Assembly (NCBI GenBank): GCA_046318275.1 | Contig: JBKCUW010000002.1 | Location: forward strand, 897 to 64,896 | Direction of reading: 5' to 3' | Source of the DNA: Pirellula sp. | GTDB taxonomy: Bacteria; Planctomycetota; Planctomycetia; Pirellulales; Pirellulaceae | Length of the DNA stretch: 64,000 nucleotides | Shown here: piece by piece, positions 60,626 to 64,000 of the stretch | Layout: each line of letters begins with the position of its first letter | Position numbering within the stretch: the first letter of the stretch is position 1 | Made by a program: the position numbers and the translations under genes | The notes under the pieces: generated by a model | What the model was told of the DNA's origin: nothing | Databases searched by the model: none | What the model saw: the letters and a program-made list of their open reading frames with translations, nothing else

Positions 60626-62050
60626 CTACTCGGATTGCGAAGATTTCGAAGTATCGGGATGTTTCGGGTCGAATCCTGGGGGAAGTTCCAAGGTTCTTCC
60701 GGACACAGACGCATTCACGGTGTAGCCGAGAGCCTTAAGTTTTTCAGCGAGGACTGCTTTGGCTTGATCCTCACCGTGCACGAGTCGAATTTCTCGCGGT
60801 TTGTTTGGAATTCCCTGCACGAACTTGATCAGGTCCGCTTGATCGGCGTGTGCCGAGTACCCGGTAAGGGTGTGGGTCTTAGCGCGAACGTGGTATTCCT
60901 GATGATCGATTTTCACGCTGCATTTACCTTCTTGGCAATCCTGAATGTAGCGTCCGGTGGTACCAGCCGCTTGGTAGCCGACGAAGACGATATCGGTGTT
61001 GGGGCGGCCGATGAAGGCTCGAAGATAATCCATGATCCGACCGCCGGTGCACATGCCGCTACCTGCAATCACAATCGCGGGCTTCCCCGATCGTTTGAGA
61101 TACTCGATGGTTCCCCGCGACTCACCACCTTGATCGATCTCGATGAGGTTGCTGAATACGAACGGTTGATTGTCGACGGTGAGGACTTCGCGTGCTTCTT
61201 CGCTCCAGTAAGCGCTCATTTGCTCATAGATTTCAGTCAGCTTCAGGGCCATCGGCGAATCGATGATGATGTCGATTCCCTTGAGCATATCGCAGCAGGA
61301 CTTGCGCCCGATATCTTCGATGATTTGATTGAGTTCGAAAAGGATTTCCTGAGTACGGCCCAGGCTGAAGGCGGGAATCAGGGTGACGCCACGATTCTCG
61401 AGTGTTTCGCAGAGGATGGCTTCGAGTCGTTCGACTCGGGTTTCCCGGCCTTCGTGCAATCGATCGCCGTAGGTGCTCTCGAGGACCAAGACATCGGCCC
61501 GTTCGGGGCTTTTGGGAGGATTCAGGATCGGTGTGCAGCGGGATCCAAGGTCACCGCTGAAAACGATGCGTTCGTCCCCATGATCGAACTCCACATATGC
61601 AGACCCAAGGATATGGCCCGCTGGAAAAAAACGGAACTGAGCATTGTGCTTCAGCGTGTGCCATTTGCCATAAGGAACTGGCTCGATCAATTCCTTGATT
61701 TCTTTGATCACCTCGGCGATGACTTTTTTATTGCGGGTAATGCCGAGCCGGATTGCGTCCTCGAGCATGATCGGCAAAAAACGAGCGGTGGGAGGGGTGC
61801 AATAGATCGGCTTGTTGAACCCCGCTTCCAACAAGTAGGGAAGCCGACCGATGTGGTCGATGTGCACATGGGTAAGTACCAACGCGTCGATACCGTCGAG
61901 AGGAAATTCGATCCTCGGGTCCGGATGGAGTCGAGCATCGCGGCCTTGGAACGATCCGCAATCGATGAGTACGGAGTTCGATTCCGAAAAATGGAGTTGG
62001 TGGCACGAGCCGGTGACACCATCTTGTCCACCATGATGCGTGATGTGCAT
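60626..62050 (-). CDS. MBL-fold beta-CASP ribonuclease (YSH1-like)
   Basis: HVHIDH, GHILG, SGD, ESTYG, GSGMCTGGRI and SAHAD...HG. Confidence 0.93.
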   Translation of the reverse strand: MHITHHGGQDGVTGSCHQLHFSESNSVLIDCGSFQGRDARLHPDPRIEFPLDGIDALVLTHVHIDHIGRLPYLLEAGFNKPIYCTPPTARFLPIMLEDAIRLGITRNKKVIAEVIKEIKELIEPVPYGKWHTLKHNAQFRFFPAGHILGSAYVEFDHGDERIVFSGDLGSRCTPILNPPKSPERADVLVLESTYGDRLHEGRETRVERLEAILCETLENRGVTLIPAFSLGRTQEILFELNQIIEDIGRKSCCDMLKGIDIIIDSPMALKLTEIYEQMSAYWSEEAREVLTVDNQPFVFSNLIEIDQGGESRGTIEYLKRSGKPAIVIAGSGMCTGGRIMDYLRAFIGRPNTDIVFVGYQAAGTTGRYIQDCQEGKCSVKIDHQEYHVRAKTHTLTGYSAHADQADLIKFVQGIPNKPREIRLVHGEDQAKAVLAEKLKALGYTVNASVSGRTLELPPGFDPKHPDTSKSSQSE

Positions 62051-62108
62051 GTTCGATCCCGAGGAAAGGGCTGTATTGGCTGATGCCCTTATTGTAGTCG
62101 GGTGGCGA

Positions 62109-62759
62109 TCACGCGTGAGGGGTTCGCGAGCGTCGAGACTGAAGCCATTCGATGGCGATCGGGATAACGCTGACGAGAATGATCCCGATGGTGACGAGGA
62201 AAAAATTCTTTTGAATCACTTCCCAAGTACCCAGCCAATAGCCGGCGACCAGGAATAGGGCAACCCAAACGATCCCACCGAGGATGTTGTAGAGCCAAAA
62301 TTTCAAGAAGTTCATTCGGCCGATCCCGGCCACGAACGGCGCGAAAGTACGAACGATTGGGATGAATCTGGCAAGAATAATTGTTTTGGAGCCGTATCGT
62401 TCGTAGAACGACTGCGCCCGAAGTAGATGATTTCGATTGAACCAAATCGAGGTGTCGCTCCGGAAGACGCGAGGGCCGATTTGATAGCCTACCCAATAGT
62501 TGACGGCATCCCCCAAGATAGCTGCAACCGTCAATAAGGGGATCATGATCCAAAGCTGGAGGGGACTATTGGGGATGGCGCACAGAGCACCAACGGCGAA
62601 AAGGAGTGAATCGCCGGGTAAGAAAGGAAGAATCACCAAGCCTGTTTCGCAAAAAATGATCGCAAAGAGGATCATGTACAACCACTCGGCGCCAACCGAT
62701 TCCATCAGCTCGCGGAGGTGGCGGTCCATGTGAAGGACCCATTCGAGGAGTTGGCTCAT
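62109..62759 (-). CDS. dedA: DedA-family membrane protein
   Basis: FCETGLV..PFLPGDSLLF and RFIPIVRTFAPFVAG. ATG 62759. Confidence 0.93.
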   Translation of the reverse strand: MSQLLEWVLHMDRHLRELMESVGAEWLYMILFAIIFCETGLVILPFLPGDSLLFAVGALCAIPNSPLQLWIMIPLLTVAAILGDAVNYWVGYQIGPRVFRSDTSIWFNRNHLLRAQSFYERYGSKTIILARFIPIVRTFAPFVAGIGRMNFLKFWLYNILGGIVWVALFLVAGYWLGTWEVIQKNFFLVTIGIILVSVIPIAIEWLQSRRSRTPHA

Positions 62760-62946
62760 GGCGTTTCCTAGTTTTTTCGAGCTTCCAGTGAGGCAGGCCG
62801 GGAAAGGCACCCGTTCATAGTGGTACCTAGTAATAAAAGGCACCGAAATAAAAGTACCCCGCGCAGGCACTGGGTTGTTGTTCGGGCGGGATTTGTGGGG
62901 CAGTGCCAATTCCCTTGGTGACGACCACACCGTCGCCGTGGGTGTG

Positions 62947-63006
62947 CTGTGGTCACCGAAGTTACTGTGGTCACCGAAGTTACCGTGGTCACCGAAGTTA
63001 CCGTGG
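62947..63006. repeat. 18-bp tandem repeat CYGTGGTCACCGAAGTTA x3.3
   Basis: Units start at 62947, 62965 and 62983, with a partial unit at 63001. Confidence 0.9.
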
Positions 63007-63515
63007 CAAACGAGTTTGCCGTCGGCACGTTCGCCCCACGCCGGAGGTCTGTCCAAAGCTAGTTTCCAGACTGTTGAGGTGCTAGATCAAATCCAGCGAC
63101 CGGCTCATCCGTTCCCTTTCGGCCTGTTGCAGTCGTTAAGATTCGCAGAATCCGAAGGGGGCTCCGTGGGGGGCCTGTGGGGGCTCCAGATAGTTAGCCT
63201 ATGGGAATCCGAGGCGGACCGAGGATTTCTTGGGAACGGGAGAACGGTGAAATCGGTTGTTGGGCCCCGCTGGACGCCCCAATGGTAGGGTGATGGTGGT
63301 AGGGCTGGTTTTTGGAGCGATCGCTTTTTGGCCTTTCCGAAAAGGGGGTTCTGGGTACACTTTTCACGGCATATATCTTCGGATTCCGCTGGAAAATGGA
63401 GCTTGGACAGGACGGTCACAGCTCGTTACGGCGGTTTGGTTTCCTCTTGGGAGAAGATCTTGAGCGGCCGTTCGTGGCACTTCGCGTCGAGATCGCATTG
63501 GTAATAAGTGGAGTT

Positions 63516-64000
63516 ATGGACCTCAGCAAACTACGAAACATCGGTATCAGCGCACACATTGACTCGGGCAAAACCACCCTCAGCGAACGTGTTTTGTTCT
63601 ACGCAGGTCGGATCCACAAGATTGAAGAAGTGAAAGGTGATGGCGACGGCGCCACGATGGATTACATGGAGTTGGAGAAGGAGCGGGGTATCACCATTAC
63701 CAGCGCTGCGACGCAACTCCAATGGCATGACCACATTATCAATTTGATCGATACCCCGGGCCACGTGGACTTCACCATCGAAGTCGAGCGTTCGTTGCGC
63801 GTTCTCGACGGTGCTGTTCTCGTTTTGTGCTCCGTCGGTGGCGTTCAGAGTCAGTCGTTGACAGTGGATCGCCAAATGCGCCGTTACGGCGTTCCTCGGT
63901 TGGCGTTCGTGAACAAGATGGACCGTACCGGTGCGGATGCGTATCGCGTGGCTCAACAAGTTCGCGACAAGCTGAACGCGGATGCGATCATGATGCAGAT
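63516..64000 (+). CDS. fusA: elongation factor G (spd-EFG1 type), 3'-truncated by window edge
   Basis: Translated by hand: [25 protein letters not shown]...[21 protein letters not shown] 63516 follows GGAG. Confidence 0.95.
   Translation, partial: MDLSKLRNIGISAHIDSGKTTLSERVLFYAGRIHKIEEVKGDGDGATMDYMELEKERGITITSAATQLQWHDHIINLIDTPGHVDFTIEVERSLRVLDGAVLVLCSVGGVQSQSLTVDRQMRRYGVPRLAFVNKMDRTGADAYRVAQQVRDKLNADAIMMQ

Noticed and set aside
60635-62083. 482-aa ORF antisense to the beta-CASP nuclease
   Set aside because: It mirrors a well-supported gene and has no recognisable motifs, so it is a typical antisense shadow ORF.
60438-62832. GTACCTAGTA at 60438-60447 and 62823-62832, each ~60 bp upstream of a minus-strand start codon
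   Set aside because: Only two 10-bp copies, which could be chance or a generic promoter feature. Not enough to call a regulon.
1-64000. Prophage, IS element or defence island
   Set aside because: No integrase, transposase, phage structural, RM or toxin-antitoxin genes were recognised.

Overview
Bacterial chromosomal DNA, inferred to be a planctomycete (Pirellulaceae-like). The inference rests on the PSCyt/DUF1549/DUF1553 + DUF1501 gene pair, planctomycete-style beta-barrel and TPR proteins, and an spd-type EF-G. About 45 protein genes and one tRNA-Arg(UCU) are supported. Housekeeping genes: rho, ribH, recO, uvrA, polX, bamD, lptE, lspA, dedA, a beta-CASP nuclease and a 3'-truncated fusA that is missing from the ORF track. 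I saw no integrase, transposase, CRISPR array or rRNA. The best leads are: (1) three tandem paralogous secreted beta-propeller/split-Ig proteins at 37.3-43.5 kb; (2) a class II photolyase fused to a renalase-like FAD oxidoreductase; (3) a CitG-like gene coupled to a TIGR01210/RaSEA-like radical SAM gene, a possible C1-cofactor module; (4) a UvrA that lacks its insertion domain, heading a uvrA-recO-bamD-lptE-lspA run; (5) non-coding signals, namely a 13-bp motif found three times in intergenic DNA, a 13-unit octamer array and a REP-like direct repeat. All family assignments come from motif recognition by eye; no database searches were run.
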